This document shows positions 1 to 7,786 of a stretch of DNA of 12,329 nucleotides, in pieces. Each line of letters begins with the position of its first letter. Position 1 is the stretch's first letter. The stretch covers positions 1-12,329 of the forward strand of contig CBDDUX010000104.1 of assembly GCA_965234725.1 (NCBI GenBank). Direction: 5' to 3'. The notes beneath the pieces were generated by a model. It made no database searches. It had not been told where the DNA came from and worked only from the letters and a program-made list of their open reading frames with translations. The DNA is from Thermoplasmatota archaeon. Its GTDB lineage: Archaea; Thermoplasmatota; Penumbrarchaeia; Penumbrarchaeales; Penumbrarchaeaceae. The translations under genes and the position numbers were made by a program.

Positions 1-661
1 AGGATTCCAGATACCAAGATATGACAGTGAGATGTCAGGTGTCTATTCCATCAACACCAACGAGGTCAATCCAAAGGATCCGGAAGTCTACGCGGGCCAT
101 CCGAAAACCATTTCCATTGATGATGATCAATATGGAAAAGGGGATGATACATTTATCGAACCCTGGGTGATGATCATGCTGATCATTATCGCGGTAATTG
201 TAATAAGTCTGGCAGCAGGATTCATCGTAATCCTAAGGATCTCAAAGGTCAAAGAACAGAAGGAGGAAGAGGATATCGATAGGAGGGTCCTGAAGATGGA
301 AGCCAGACAGAAGGAGATATCCTCCTTATACGGGACCATGAGTGCGGATGAGGTCTTCGGACCTGACCAATCGACCCTAAGCGACCTTAAGCTCGATCTT
401 GGAGGACAGGTTTACCATGAAGAGGGATCCGGTGCTCTTGCAAAGGGCGTGAAAAAGGGAAGCCTTGAGGAAGAGAAGGATCAGGGACCTCGATGGGAAT
501 CCACGACCGGCCTTCTATTCGAAGGATCAGCCCCGGGCCTTTCTTTCGGTCAGAGCCTGGACCTGGAAGAGAATGAGATCGGAACCTCGGAGCCTGATCA
601 GGAAGAACTTGGCAGGTCCATGGATGAGCTTGTAGAAGAGGGAGACCGTTCTACTCCTTGA
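1..661 (+). CDS. C-terminal part of a single-pass membrane-anchored surface protein with an acidic cytoplasmic tail (5'-truncated by window)
   Basis: The frame is open from position 2 (GFQIPRYDSE) into the ATG at 32, so the true start is probably upstream. A hydrophobic span WVMIMLIIIAVIVISLAAGFIVIL is followed by basic RISKVK (positive-inside), a charged helix and an E/D/G/S-rich tail. Stop TGA at 659-661. Confidence 0.8.
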   Translation, partial: GFQIPRYDSEMSGVYSINTNEVNPKDPEVYAGHPKTISIDDDQYGKGDDTFIEPWVMIMLIIIAVIVISLAAGFIVILRISKVKEQKEEEDIDRRVLKMEARQKEISSLYGTMSADEVFGPDQSTLSDLKLDLGGQVYHEEGSGALAKGVKKGSLEEEKDQGPRWESTTGLLFEGSAPGLSFGQSLDLEENEIGTSEPDQEELGRSMDELVEEGDRSTP

Positions 662-1310
662 ACAGCGTTCTGAGGATCTCTCTCTGTCCCTTCTTGATGT
701 GCTCCAGGACCGTGGCGTGCGATAGACCTAATTCAGTCGCAATGTCCCTGGAGCCTATCTTCCTCTTTACATCGAAATAACCAAGCCTCAATGCAGTCTC
801 CAGACAGTGATACTGTTTGGGTGTCAGATTCGATAGTGCCCCCTCAACACGGGGCTGATATTTGGTAATAGAGAGGACCTCATAGGTCGCACCCCATTCC
901 TCGGCAAAAGAAAGGAACCTGTTTATGTTCTCGGAAGTCCCCACTATGGAACCTGTAAGTGTTTTTTCAGTGAACCTTGCAGGGAATTCAAGGAAACAAT
1001 CGAATGTCTCGAAGAATGCCTTGAGTACATTCGAATAGATCTCGGGGAATTTCCCGGATACCATCAGGAGCGACCTTTTCCCATCCGTGGTGATCTCATC
1101 GGCCTTATCCACCAGATCGACCCTGTCTAAGAAGGTGAGGTCAACAGCGTCCTTCCAGATCACCTCACAGACAAGAATGAACCTCTCGAAGGTCTGCATG
1201 AGGGGTTTGATGACCGTTACCTCTTCTATCCGTTCGAACATCTCACCGTATCCTAGGTCCAAGATATCAGGAGGATTGTAGTTCAATCGAAGTATCCTGA
1301 GGTCTGTCAT
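651..1310 (-). CDS. Transcriptional regulator with C-terminal HTH_10 (bacterio-opsin activator-type) helix-turn-helix
   Basis: 219 aa. The C-terminal LTPKQYHCLETALRLGYFDVKRKIGSRDIATELGLSHATVLEHIKKG matches the archaeal HTH_10 pattern LTxxQxxxLxxAxxxGYF...xxELGIS.xTxxEHLRK. The N-terminal domain is unassigned. Confidence 0.9.
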   Translation of the reverse strand: MTDLRILRLNYNPPDILDLGYGEMFERIEEVTVIKPLMQTFERFILVCEVIWKDAVDLTFLDRVDLVDKADEITTDGKRSLLMVSGKFPEIYSNVLKAFFETFDCFLEFPARFTEKTLTGSIVGTSENINRFLSFAEEWGATYEVLSITKYQPRVEGALSNLTPKQYHCLETALRLGYFDVKRKIGSRDIATELGLSHATVLEHIKKGQREILRTLFKE

Positions 1311-1312
1311 CT

Positions 1313-1374
1313 ACCTTCCATGGCAGGTTTTCAAGATAAACCTTTTGGAAAGAGCCTTCCAGGGAAGGTTTTCA
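1313..1374. repeat. Two imperfect 20-bp direct repeats, each quasi-palindromic; candidate operator sites
   Basis: CCTTCCATGGCAGGTTTTCA (1314-1333) and CCTTCCAGGGAAGGTTTTCA (1355-1374) are 18/20 identical and 41 bp apart. Each approximates the palindrome ACCTTCCATGGAAGGT. Confidence 0.65.
1335..1346 (-). promoter_or_regulatory. Putative BRE/TATA promoter of the HTH_10 regulator
   Basis: The minus strand reads AAAAGG-TTTATC, 24 nt before the ATG at 1310. This fits an archaeal promoter with a very short or no leader. Confidence 0.45.
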
Positions 1375-4300
1375 GACCTCGGGTATGAGTTCATCCTCAA
1401 GAGGAACTTCTTCCTCTTCTATCTCGGCCTCGATCACCTCAGCGACCAACGTGGGATGTTCCGGTTCCTCGGGACCTGCCGTGATCTCCATCTCGAGGAC
1501 ACCCTCGTCCTCCGGGGGTGTGATCTCCATCTCCGGGACATCCTCATCTGTTGGAGGAATCTCCCCGGATTCGACCTTGACCCCTTCCGGACCATCTGGA
1601 ATCCCGGTACCTTCCTCGTCAGGAGGCGGTCCTGATGGAAGACCGAACTTCCAAAAATAAAGACCTCCCCCGACAATGAGGAGAACGATCAGTAATATTA
1701 TGATAAATGGGAGATAATACGTGAATTCCCTGGCGCTGGAAGTCCCTTCGATCACGATCTCTTTGGATGCGGTATTATCCGATAGGTCCTGTTCCTGATC
1801 ATCTCCAACTGGCTCGACAGTAACGAACAATGTTCTGTTGCCTTTTCCTTTTGGAAGGAGGAGATCAATGGTGACGGTCTCTTCGGGATCCTTGGAGGGA
1901 TCAAGATCAAGATCGAAGTTCATGGATATCAATTGGTCTCCTGTTGAGGTGTCAATGTTCATCCTGACAATGAAACCCTTTGAAAGAGGGGCATTCCCTT
2001 CATTCTCAACGGATACCCTGAAGGAGGCCGGACCATCCTCCTTGAAGGATCCTTCCAATGGAGTAACCGATCTGACCGATAGATCAGGATAGAAGGAGAA
2101 GCTCCTTTCGAGTTCATTATCCTCCTCATCTGTCTCCAATATCTCATTGAAGGGGTCCACCTTGAAGGTTATGGTATGCTCACCTATCTCAGATGGGGTC
2201 CACATGATACCGCTTATTGTTGCTTCCTCATCCGGTCTGAGATCTGTCTCGATCGTCCTTGAACCGATGATAGAGCTCCCCTCGTAGAAAGTGCACAAAA
2301 CATCTGAAATGGAGATCCTTCCCAGGTTCTTGACCCCTGCCATTAGCTCGATCTCCTCCCCCAGGACAGGATCGGTGGGTTCTGAACCAATCACACCAAC
2401 CACTTCAAGGTCCGGATAGGCCCTTTCGATGCTGATCTCCCAATCAACGATATTTCCCGATCCGGATGTGGAAATGAAGATATATCCTGTCAGGGAACCT
2501 GTCTCGTTGGGGAGTGTTATATCAACATAGGGAGAGGCTCCATCACCCGGGAAAAGTGATCCATCCCCGTCCCTGATCACCGTATCATCCTCAAGGGGTG
2601 GAGAAACCGAGACCTGGTAATCGAATGGAACGTTCCCTCTATTGAAGATATAGAGTTCAAAGCTCGTTTCGGAGTCATCACCAGGCCCCAATGTGACATT
2701 TGCAGATGAGATCATCTGGACAAGGACCTGTTCGTCTCCCACTACCGTAAGTTCATAGACCAGTTTCCGTGAAACCGTGGTATCGCCTGAAATGGATCCT
2801 GTCACTTCGATGATGATGATCCTTCCCGGTTCCTCACCATCCGGTACGGAAAATGAAACCTTGACGGACCTGGAGTTACCAGGTTCCAGAGTGAAGGTGC
2901 TTGGAGTGAGGAGGATACCCGCTCCAGTAAGGGTCGAATTACCCTTCTGTTCCTTTGTCAACTGGACATCTCCCCGTATGTTCCCGTCGTTCACAACAGT
3001 GATGTCCAGAGTGATGTCCTCTCTCGGGACGACATCGAATCCGGTTGAACCCTCGGGGGAGAGAAAGATGGAGAGTGTGGGAATATCGGTGAGATCTATT
3101 GGCAGGTCCAGGGTGATATCCTCGGAATATGCAATTGATGAGTTTTCACCCCACATCTGGTCCTTGGAGGCTCTTACCGAGATATCATCTCCATCAAGGT
3201 ATTCGATGAAGTTCATGTCGAATCCATACATACCGTCGGAACCCGTGGTGATCGGACCCAGTGACTCACCGGTCCTTTTGACGGTAAGGGTCACTCTTAC
3301 GTCAGCTTCCGGAGATCCATCGCTGCCATTCACCTGACCCTGGATGTAAAGAGAACCCACGGGTTGCCTGGATTTGACGTTCGTAAAGACCGTGATATTG
3401 TTGTTGGCCCCGGATATCTCCTGTACGCCCTGAGGGGGTATAACCCATGCTTCTATCTTGAAGGAGGCCTCATCCTCCTCCTCCGGAACACCTGTTGGTG
3501 TCCACGGCACCGAGATGTTCACATCCATTCCCTTTGCAACAGAGCCAAGGGGTGTATCCTCAGGACCTCCTGTTGGGGAGTCCTCGTTGACATTAACCCG
3601 AACGGTTCCCCCCGACACGGATTTCTGACCGATGTTCGAAACGGTGATGATAATGGATGAGGGGTCCTCTTCCACAAGTCTCCTGTCATTCGAGACCCTT
3701 TTTCCGTCCCCTCGAAGGAATATGACATCTGTTATGGTCAGATCTGGAAAGGCTGGGAGGACATAGAATGAGTTCTCACCCTCATTGTTGGTCTCATCGG
3801 TCTCTGATATGTTCCCATCAGGATCGATCACAACTGATATTTCATGGTCGCCATCCCCTCCTGGTATCCAGACAACGGAAGCCTCCGCGGTATCTGAAAG
3901 GGTGATCCTGTCATGACCAATAATGATAGGGTCACCTCCGGGACCATCAATGTCAATGAACCTTACAACGACATCCGAAACAGAGGTTCTCTTGGTATTC
4001 TGAACGACACAGTTCACGGTAACGGGAGACCCGTCAACAGGTTCTGTATTGTCGAGGTATATATTGGTGCCTGGAGGGTCCTTTATCTTGAGGTCCACTA
4101 CCTTCTGGGTGTACATGTGTCCGTTGATGTATATATCACAGAAACCGTCAGTGTTCAGATCCCCTATCAAACCGTTACCCGTGGATAATTGACCCGTCAC
4201 TGTGAGGTTCCAGTAGGATGTTCCGTCTGACAATATGCCATATATGATCCCATTGGAGAAGAATACCCCATCCGGGATCGAATCCTCGTTCAGGTCGCAA

Positions 4301-5601
4301 GCAAGGGGAGTGGCATACACAGGAGATGTCCCTAGGTTCGTCCCCTCTCTTGTCCAGAGAACGTCATGATCCCAATCCGACCCATCCATGAATATCCTGC
4401 GACAGGTCATGATGTTCCGAGAAGATATCGTGAAGGTCCTGGATTGCAGCAGTATCTCATCCTTCAGGTCTCCATTGAGATCGGCAAGTGCAACGGATCC
4501 CTCGAACGTCCCGGGTATATCCTCTATGGAAAGTACTGGCACGAGGGAATATGTGTAGACCACAACTCTCCCATACCCGTTGCTTGCAGGATAGGAGACT
4601 ATTATATCAGAGGTCCCATCACCGTTCACATCGGAAACAGAGGGCATCGGGATCGGGCCAAGATGGGAATACCCGATGATGGTTGGCGTTAGGTCGTCAG
4701 TGACATTGTTCAGATGAAGTCCTTCATAATTTACAACGGTCGTCCTCATGGTGGATTTTCCAGGGAGCAGAGAATTCACAACAATTCTCTTCAATGGTCC
4801 AGCCCCGGGATAGATCGCGGGAGTGGAAAGTGTTTCCCCCATCGGACCTATATCCAGATACCAGAACATGGTTCCGTTGTTACCGTAATAAGAGAACAGT
4901 CGATTCCCTGCACCCACGATCACATCCTCCACACCATCACCCGAGATATCATAGACCATTGGGGAAGATGTAATTACGGAACCTATAATGCCCGATGTCG
5001 AGAGCCATACACGATCATCGAAGAATGCCTGGTTCGAATATGAATACCCAGAAGTGGTGAGTGTTATATTGGGTTCGAACAGGACCATCTGATGTGTATT
5101 GCCATCCGATATGGCCGCAAGGACCTCAACCTTACCATCGTCGTCTGTATCCATTAAGGCAAGGGAACCAAGCAATCGATTGGTGATCCTTCCTTCTATC
5201 CTTCTGACATCGATCGACCAAGCGATCTTTCCATTGTTCCCGTCCCTCAAAATGACATGAGTGGTATTGCTATCTCCCACCAACACTATCGGTCTGGATT
5301 CAAGACCGGAGAACTTGACGTTGGGTGTCATATCCGATGCGACACCCCCTGGAGAGGTGGTATTCTCCTGATCGGACCATCTCTCAACAGGATCCTGCAG
5401 ACCCCTGTCAGATGATATCCCTTCCTGGGTGTTGAAAGCATCCCTTCCGACCATTGGCCAGTAGATCCCACTCAGGTCCAGTGTTCCCTCTGCATCGATG
5501 ACTCCCTCAAAGCCGTTGGAATACCACATTCCCGGAACTATCAGGGACAATGTCAGCATCAGAAGAAACAGGCGGATCGTTGTACGGCCCTCCTTTTCCA
5601 T
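1372..5601 (-). CDS. Large secreted, C-terminally membrane-anchored surface protein: FG-GAP/VCBS-like beta-propeller, multiple CARDB/Ig-like domains, TM and acidic tail
   Basis: Start reassigned to ATG 5601 (MEKEGRTTIRLFLLMLTLSLIVPGMW, signal-peptide-like, TATA just upstream), giving 1409 aa. WPMVGRD propeller-type start and six DxDxDG-like Ca-binding loops (DTDDDG, DISGDG, DVNGDG, DLNGDL, DLNEDS, DLNTDG). CARDB signatures (PDLxI/V...V.N.G...DPxxxIxETDExxN) occur about four times. There is a carboxypeptidase-regulatory-like segment (IQGQVNGSDGSPEADVRVTL...TTGSDGMY), a TM YYLPFIIILLIVLLIVGGGLYFW and an E/P-rich tail. Confidence 0.9.
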   Translation of the reverse strand: MEKEGRTTIRLFLLMLTLSLIVPGMWYSNGFEGVIDAEGTLDLSGIYWPMVGRDAFNTQEGISSDRGLQDPVERWSDQENTTSPGGVASDMTPNVKFSGLESRPIVLVGDSNTTHVILRDGNNGKIAWSIDVRRIEGRITNRLLGSLALMDTDDDGKVEVLAAISDGNTHQMVLFEPNITLTTSGYSYSNQAFFDDRVWLSTSGIIGSVITSSPMVYDISGDGVEDVIVGAGNRLFSYYGNNGTMFWYLDIGPMGETLSTPAIYPGAGPLKRIVVNSLLPGKSTMRTTVVNYEGLHLNNVTDDLTPTIIGYSHLGPIPMPSVSDVNGDGTSDIIVSYPASNGYGRVVVYTYSLVPVLSIEDIPGTFEGSVALADLNGDLKDEILLQSRTFTISSRNIMTCRRIFMDGSDWDHDVLWTREGTNLGTSPVYATPLACDLNEDSIPDGVFFSNGIIYGILSDGTSYWNLTVTGQLSTGNGLIGDLNTDGFCDIYINGHMYTQKVVDLKIKDPPGTNIYLDNTEPVDGSPVTVNCVVQNTKRTSVSDVVVRFIDIDGPGGDPIIIGHDRITLSDTAEASVVWIPGGDGDHEISVVIDPDGNISETDETNNEGENSFYVLPAFPDLTITDVIFLRGDGKRVSNDRRLVEEDPSSIIITVSNIGQKSVSGGTVRVNVNEDSPTGGPEDTPLGSVAKGMDVNISVPWTPTGVPEEEDEASFKIEAWVIPPQGVQEISGANNNITVFTNVKSRQPVGSLYIQGQVNGSDGSPEADVRVTLTVKRTGESLGPITTGSDGMYGFDMNFIEYLDGDDISVRASKDQMWGENSSIAYSEDITLDLPIDLTDIPTLSIFLSPEGSTGFDVVPREDITLDITVVNDGNIRGDVQLTKEQKGNSTLTGAGILLTPSTFTLEPGNSRSVKVSFSVPDGEEPGRIIIIEVTGSISGDTTVSRKLVYELTVVGDEQVLVQMISSANVTLGPGDDSETSFELYIFNRGNVPFDYQVSVSPPLEDDTVIRDGDGSLFPGDGASPYVDITLPNETGSLTGYIFISTSGSGNIVDWEISIERAYPDLEVVGVIGSEPTDPVLGEEIELMAGVKNLGRISISDVLCTFYEGSSIIGSRTIETDLRPDEEATISGIMWTPSEIGEHTITFKVDPFNEILETDEEDNELERSFSFYPDLSVRSVTPLEGSFKEDGPASFRVSVENEGNAPLSKGFIVRMNIDTSTGDQLISMNFDLDLDPSKDPEETVTIDLLLPKGKGNRTLFVTVEPVGDDQEQDLSDNTASKEIVIEGTSSAREFTYYLPFIIILLIVLLIVGGGLYFWKFGLPSGPPPDEEGTGIPDGPEGVKVESGEIPPTDEDVPEMEITPPEDEGVLEMEITAGPEEPEHPTLVAEVIEAEIEEEEVPLEDELIPEV
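1481..1533. repeat. 14-bp direct repeat encoding a duplicated EMEIT peptide in the cytoplasmic tail
   Basis: GTGATCTCCATCTC at 1481-1494 and 1520-1533, 39 nt apart and in frame. Confidence 0.7.
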
Positions 5602-5624
5602 GGCATCTTCACGTTTTAGATGGG

Positions 5625-5638
5625 ATATAACCTTTATT
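5625..5638 (-). promoter_or_regulatory. Putative BRE/TATA promoter of the beta-propeller/CARDB gene
   Basis: The minus strand reads AATAAAGG-TTATAT, 23 nt before ATG 5601. Confidence 0.55.
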
Positions 5639-5657
5639 ATCCAATGATAGATAATAA
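5634..5657. promoter_or_regulatory. Inverted repeat TTATTATC-N8-GATAATAA; candidate transcription-factor site
   Basis: Perfect 8-bp arms at 5634-5641 and 5650-5657, overlapping the BRE of the minus-strand promoter in the divergent intergenic region. Confidence 0.4.
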
Positions 5658-5724
5658 TGAGATGCATAAGTTGTTGAAAACCACTCCATTGGTGGATACT
5701 GGTCCTTTTTTCGCCGTGTCACAT

Positions 5725-5738
5725 AAAGGATTTAAATA
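5725..5738 (+). promoter_or_regulatory. Putative BRE/TATA promoter of the coiled-coil/HhH gene
   Basis: AAAGGA followed by canonical TTTAAATA (5731-5738). A GGAGG RBS lies at 5786-5790, 7 nt before ATG 5798. Confidence 0.65.
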
Positions 5739-5797
5739 CATATGCGGTCATTCCCGGTATATTCCCCGACCTCACGGGTTATTGCGGAGGATGCTCC

Positions 5798-6526
5798 ATG
5801 ACCGATGATGATCTCAGACTGGCCAAGGAAAGATTGATGAAGCTTTGGGATGCCTACGAATCGCAAGAACTGGAGCTTCAGGGAGCAATGAAGAAGGTTA
5901 ACAGCCTTGAGTCCAGGAATGCAGACAAGGATAGAGTCCTTGAGACTTTGAGGGAACTGGTCGAGGCCAAGGATAAGGAAATCGGGAAATTGGAGATAGA
6001 CAGGTCATCCTTGGAGAGGGAATCCTCTGACTACACAAACAGGCTCGAGGAGACATCCGCATCACTTAACCAGGAGAGGACCAGATACAAGAAGCTCTTC
6101 ATAATCACACAGGAACTTGAGAGAGAGGTGGACAGATTATCAAGGGAGCTCGAGGAAAGGGACAGATGGTTCAAGGACAATATGTCATTCTTCGAGGAGT
6201 TCCCCTCCAGGGTAGGAAAGAGACTTGGTATGGTCTCCAAACCAAGGAAGTCCCTTATGGATGAACTCGGGGAGAGGCCTGCACTTCCAAAGGAAGCAGG
6301 CGGTGAATCTACCAAGGCAACATTCCAGCGTGTTGACCCTGCAGAAGAGGCCATGAAGGTCCTGCAGGACATACCTGGCCTTGATGAAGTTAAGATGAGA
6401 GTGCTTATCGAGGCGGGATATGATTCCGCAGAGAAGTTGAAGACCGCCTCACCATTCGAACTTGTAAAACTGGAAGGGATAACCCCCACAGTAGCAAGGA
6501 AGATCACAGACCATCTGAAGGCCTGA
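5798..6526 (+). CDS. Coiled-coil protein with C-terminal tandem helix-hairpin-helix (HhH) domain
   Basis: 242 aa. Residues about 5-125 show an E/K/R/L heptad pattern. The C-terminal LQDIPGLDEVKMRVLIEAGYDSAEKLKTASPFELVKLEGITPTVARKI resembles the HHH_5/RadA-N-type double HhH. RBS and TATA are present. Confidence 0.85.
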   Translation: MTDDDLRLAKERLMKLWDAYESQELELQGAMKKVNSLESRNADKDRVLETLRELVEAKDKEIGKLEIDRSSLERESSDYTNRLEETSASLNQERTRYKKLFIITQELEREVDRLSRELEERDRWFKDNMSFFEEFPSRVGKRLGMVSKPRKSLMDELGERPALPKEAGGESTKATFQRVDPAEEAMKVLQDIPGLDEVKMRVLIEAGYDSAEKLKTASPFELVKLEGITPTVARKITDHLKA

Positions 6527-6532
6527 TGTAAC

Positions 6533-7207
6533 TCACTTCTTCTTCTCCCTTCCTTCCTTGAAGAGGGATGGAAGGTGCAGAAGGTATGAGCCATCCTTCT
6601 GTATAATGATGGGATTATCATCAAGTAGCTTCTCGACGTCTATCTCGTATACTCCGGTCTCAATGATGTTTATCACATCTACATCGGTCTTCTTTCTAAG
6701 GGGACTTTGAGGGACCTTCTTAAATGGTAAAGACCTCTTCTTTACAGGTCTCTTCTTCTTCTTGATGGTCTTTCTTTCCTTTGTCTCCTCATCAGTTTCC
6801 TTCTTACTGTCCAATTCCGAGATAAGGTCCTTTGCCGAAGGTTTCCTGACACCTTCCACTATCTCGATCCCTGTCTTGGAGGTCCCCTCGTCCAGTTCGA
6901 TCTCATCTTCCGAGCCCGGCCTGTACCTCACCCAATCATCCCCCAGGGACCTGTCGATCTCAAGTGAGGAGCCATCTATCTCGGTCATCCCCCTCTCTTT
7001 CAGGATCTTCAGAAGTTCAGGGTCAGCCTTCTTGATCATCTTGTTCCTGACCCTGTCTGCCTTTCTGTTGAGGGTCTCCCTTGCCTCCTCTGACATGGGT
7101 TGAGATGTGAACATGAACTTCTTTCCACTGCACTTCGAACATCCCTTCAGGATCTCATCAGACCCTCTGGGTATGACATGTCCGCAGTTCAGGCATTGAT
7201 GTGGCAA
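6533..7207 (-). CDS. oapC: OapC/ArvC-family Zn-ribbon protein (DUF2072-type)
   Basis: Starts MPHQCLNCG...ILKGCSKCSGKKF (two CxxC pairs) and ends with the family-type INIIETGVYEIDVEKLL...KDGSYLLHLPS. TTG start preceded by AAGGAGG (6-nt spacer). Third gene after the GTPase and DUF2073 genes. Confidence 0.9.
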   Translation of the reverse strand: MPHQCLNCGHVIPRGSDEILKGCSKCSGKKFMFTSQPMSEEARETLNRKADRVRNKMIKKADPELLKILKERGMTEIDGSSLEIDRSLGDDWVRYRPGSEDEIELDEGTSKTGIEIVEGVRKPSAKDLISELDSKKETDEETKERKTIKKKKRPVKKRSLPFKKVPQSPLRKKTDVDVINIIETGVYEIDVEKLLDDNPIIIQKDGSYLLHLPSLFKEGREKKK

Positions 7208-7269
7208 GGTGTGCCTCCTTTATGTCCAATGATCTAATAAGATGAAATATTTTACTGGAGAAGGAAGGT

Positions 7270-7782
7270 TCATTCCTCATTATCCGATGATCCGGATGAT
7301 CCCTCACTTTCTTCGATTCCTTCTTCGGTATCCTCATTGAGGATCCTGTCCTTTCCGATCTCTTCACCTTCCTCGTCCAGAGCAGTATCCCTGGTCAGTA
7401 TTATTGCCTCTATGGTCCTACCATCCTTCTTGATGGTCTTCAGGAGATGTGCAGGTCCCACCACCATCATCCTGGGTGGAGGGGACCTTCCAAGTATCCT
7501 CATGAGGAACGATCTCTTGGCGAGGTTCCCGGTGAAACCTGGTGTTTCGACACCGATAAAGGAATCGTGGTCGATCTCGGTCATTGTCACCTTTATCAGT
7601 TCCAGTTCCTCTGAGGACGTCAAACCCTTTTCAAGGACAAGGACCTTGCCGGTCTTCACCTGATCGATAATGAACCTGATCTTACCCTTTCCCATCTCCT
7701 CCAGCCTTTCAGTGGAGATCAGATCGATGGAGATGCTACCCCTCTCGGAACCTTCCTTCAACACCCTTTTCTTTAACTCCAT
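7270..7782 (-). CDS. oapB: OapB/ArvB-family protein (DUF2073-type) with acidic C-terminal extension
   Basis: IDLISTERLEEM...KIRFIIDQVKTGKVLVLEKGLTSSEELELIKVTMTEIDHDSFIGVE...MMVVGPA is the DUF2073 pattern. The ATG is 4 nt after the oapA stop, and an AGGTGA RBS overlaps that stop (translational coupling). Confidence 0.9.
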   Translation of the reverse strand: MELKKRVLKEGSERGSISIDLISTERLEEMGKGKIRFIIDQVKTGKVLVLEKGLTSSEELELIKVTMTEIDHDSFIGVETPGFTGNLAKRSFLMRILGRSPPPRMMVVGPAHLLKTIKKDGRTIEAIILTRDTALDEEGEEIGKDRILNEDTEEGIEESEGSSGSSDNEE

Positions 7783-7786
7783 CGTT

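Noticed and set aside
2960..3720. Two RGD tripeptides in the propeller/CARDB protein
   Set aside because: Tripeptides of common residues are expected by chance in a 1400-aa G/D-rich protein, and there is no supporting context.
5602..5667. Upstream ATG at 5667 extending the large ORF to 1431 aa
   Set aside because: The extension runs through the BRE/TATA and dyad of the AT-rich intergenic region. ATG 5601 gives a proper signal peptide at the expected distance from the TATA box.
5676..5712. CCAC-N7-GTGG followed by a T run as an ORB element or terminator
   Set aside because: The stem is only 4 bp, it does not match the TTCCAGTGGAAAC plus G-string ORB consensus, and it lies between divergent promoters where no transcript ends.
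5798..6526. Calling the HhH protein RadA, NusA or an SMC protein
   Set aside because: It has no ATPase (Walker) motifs and no S1/KH domains, only a coiled coil and an HhH module.
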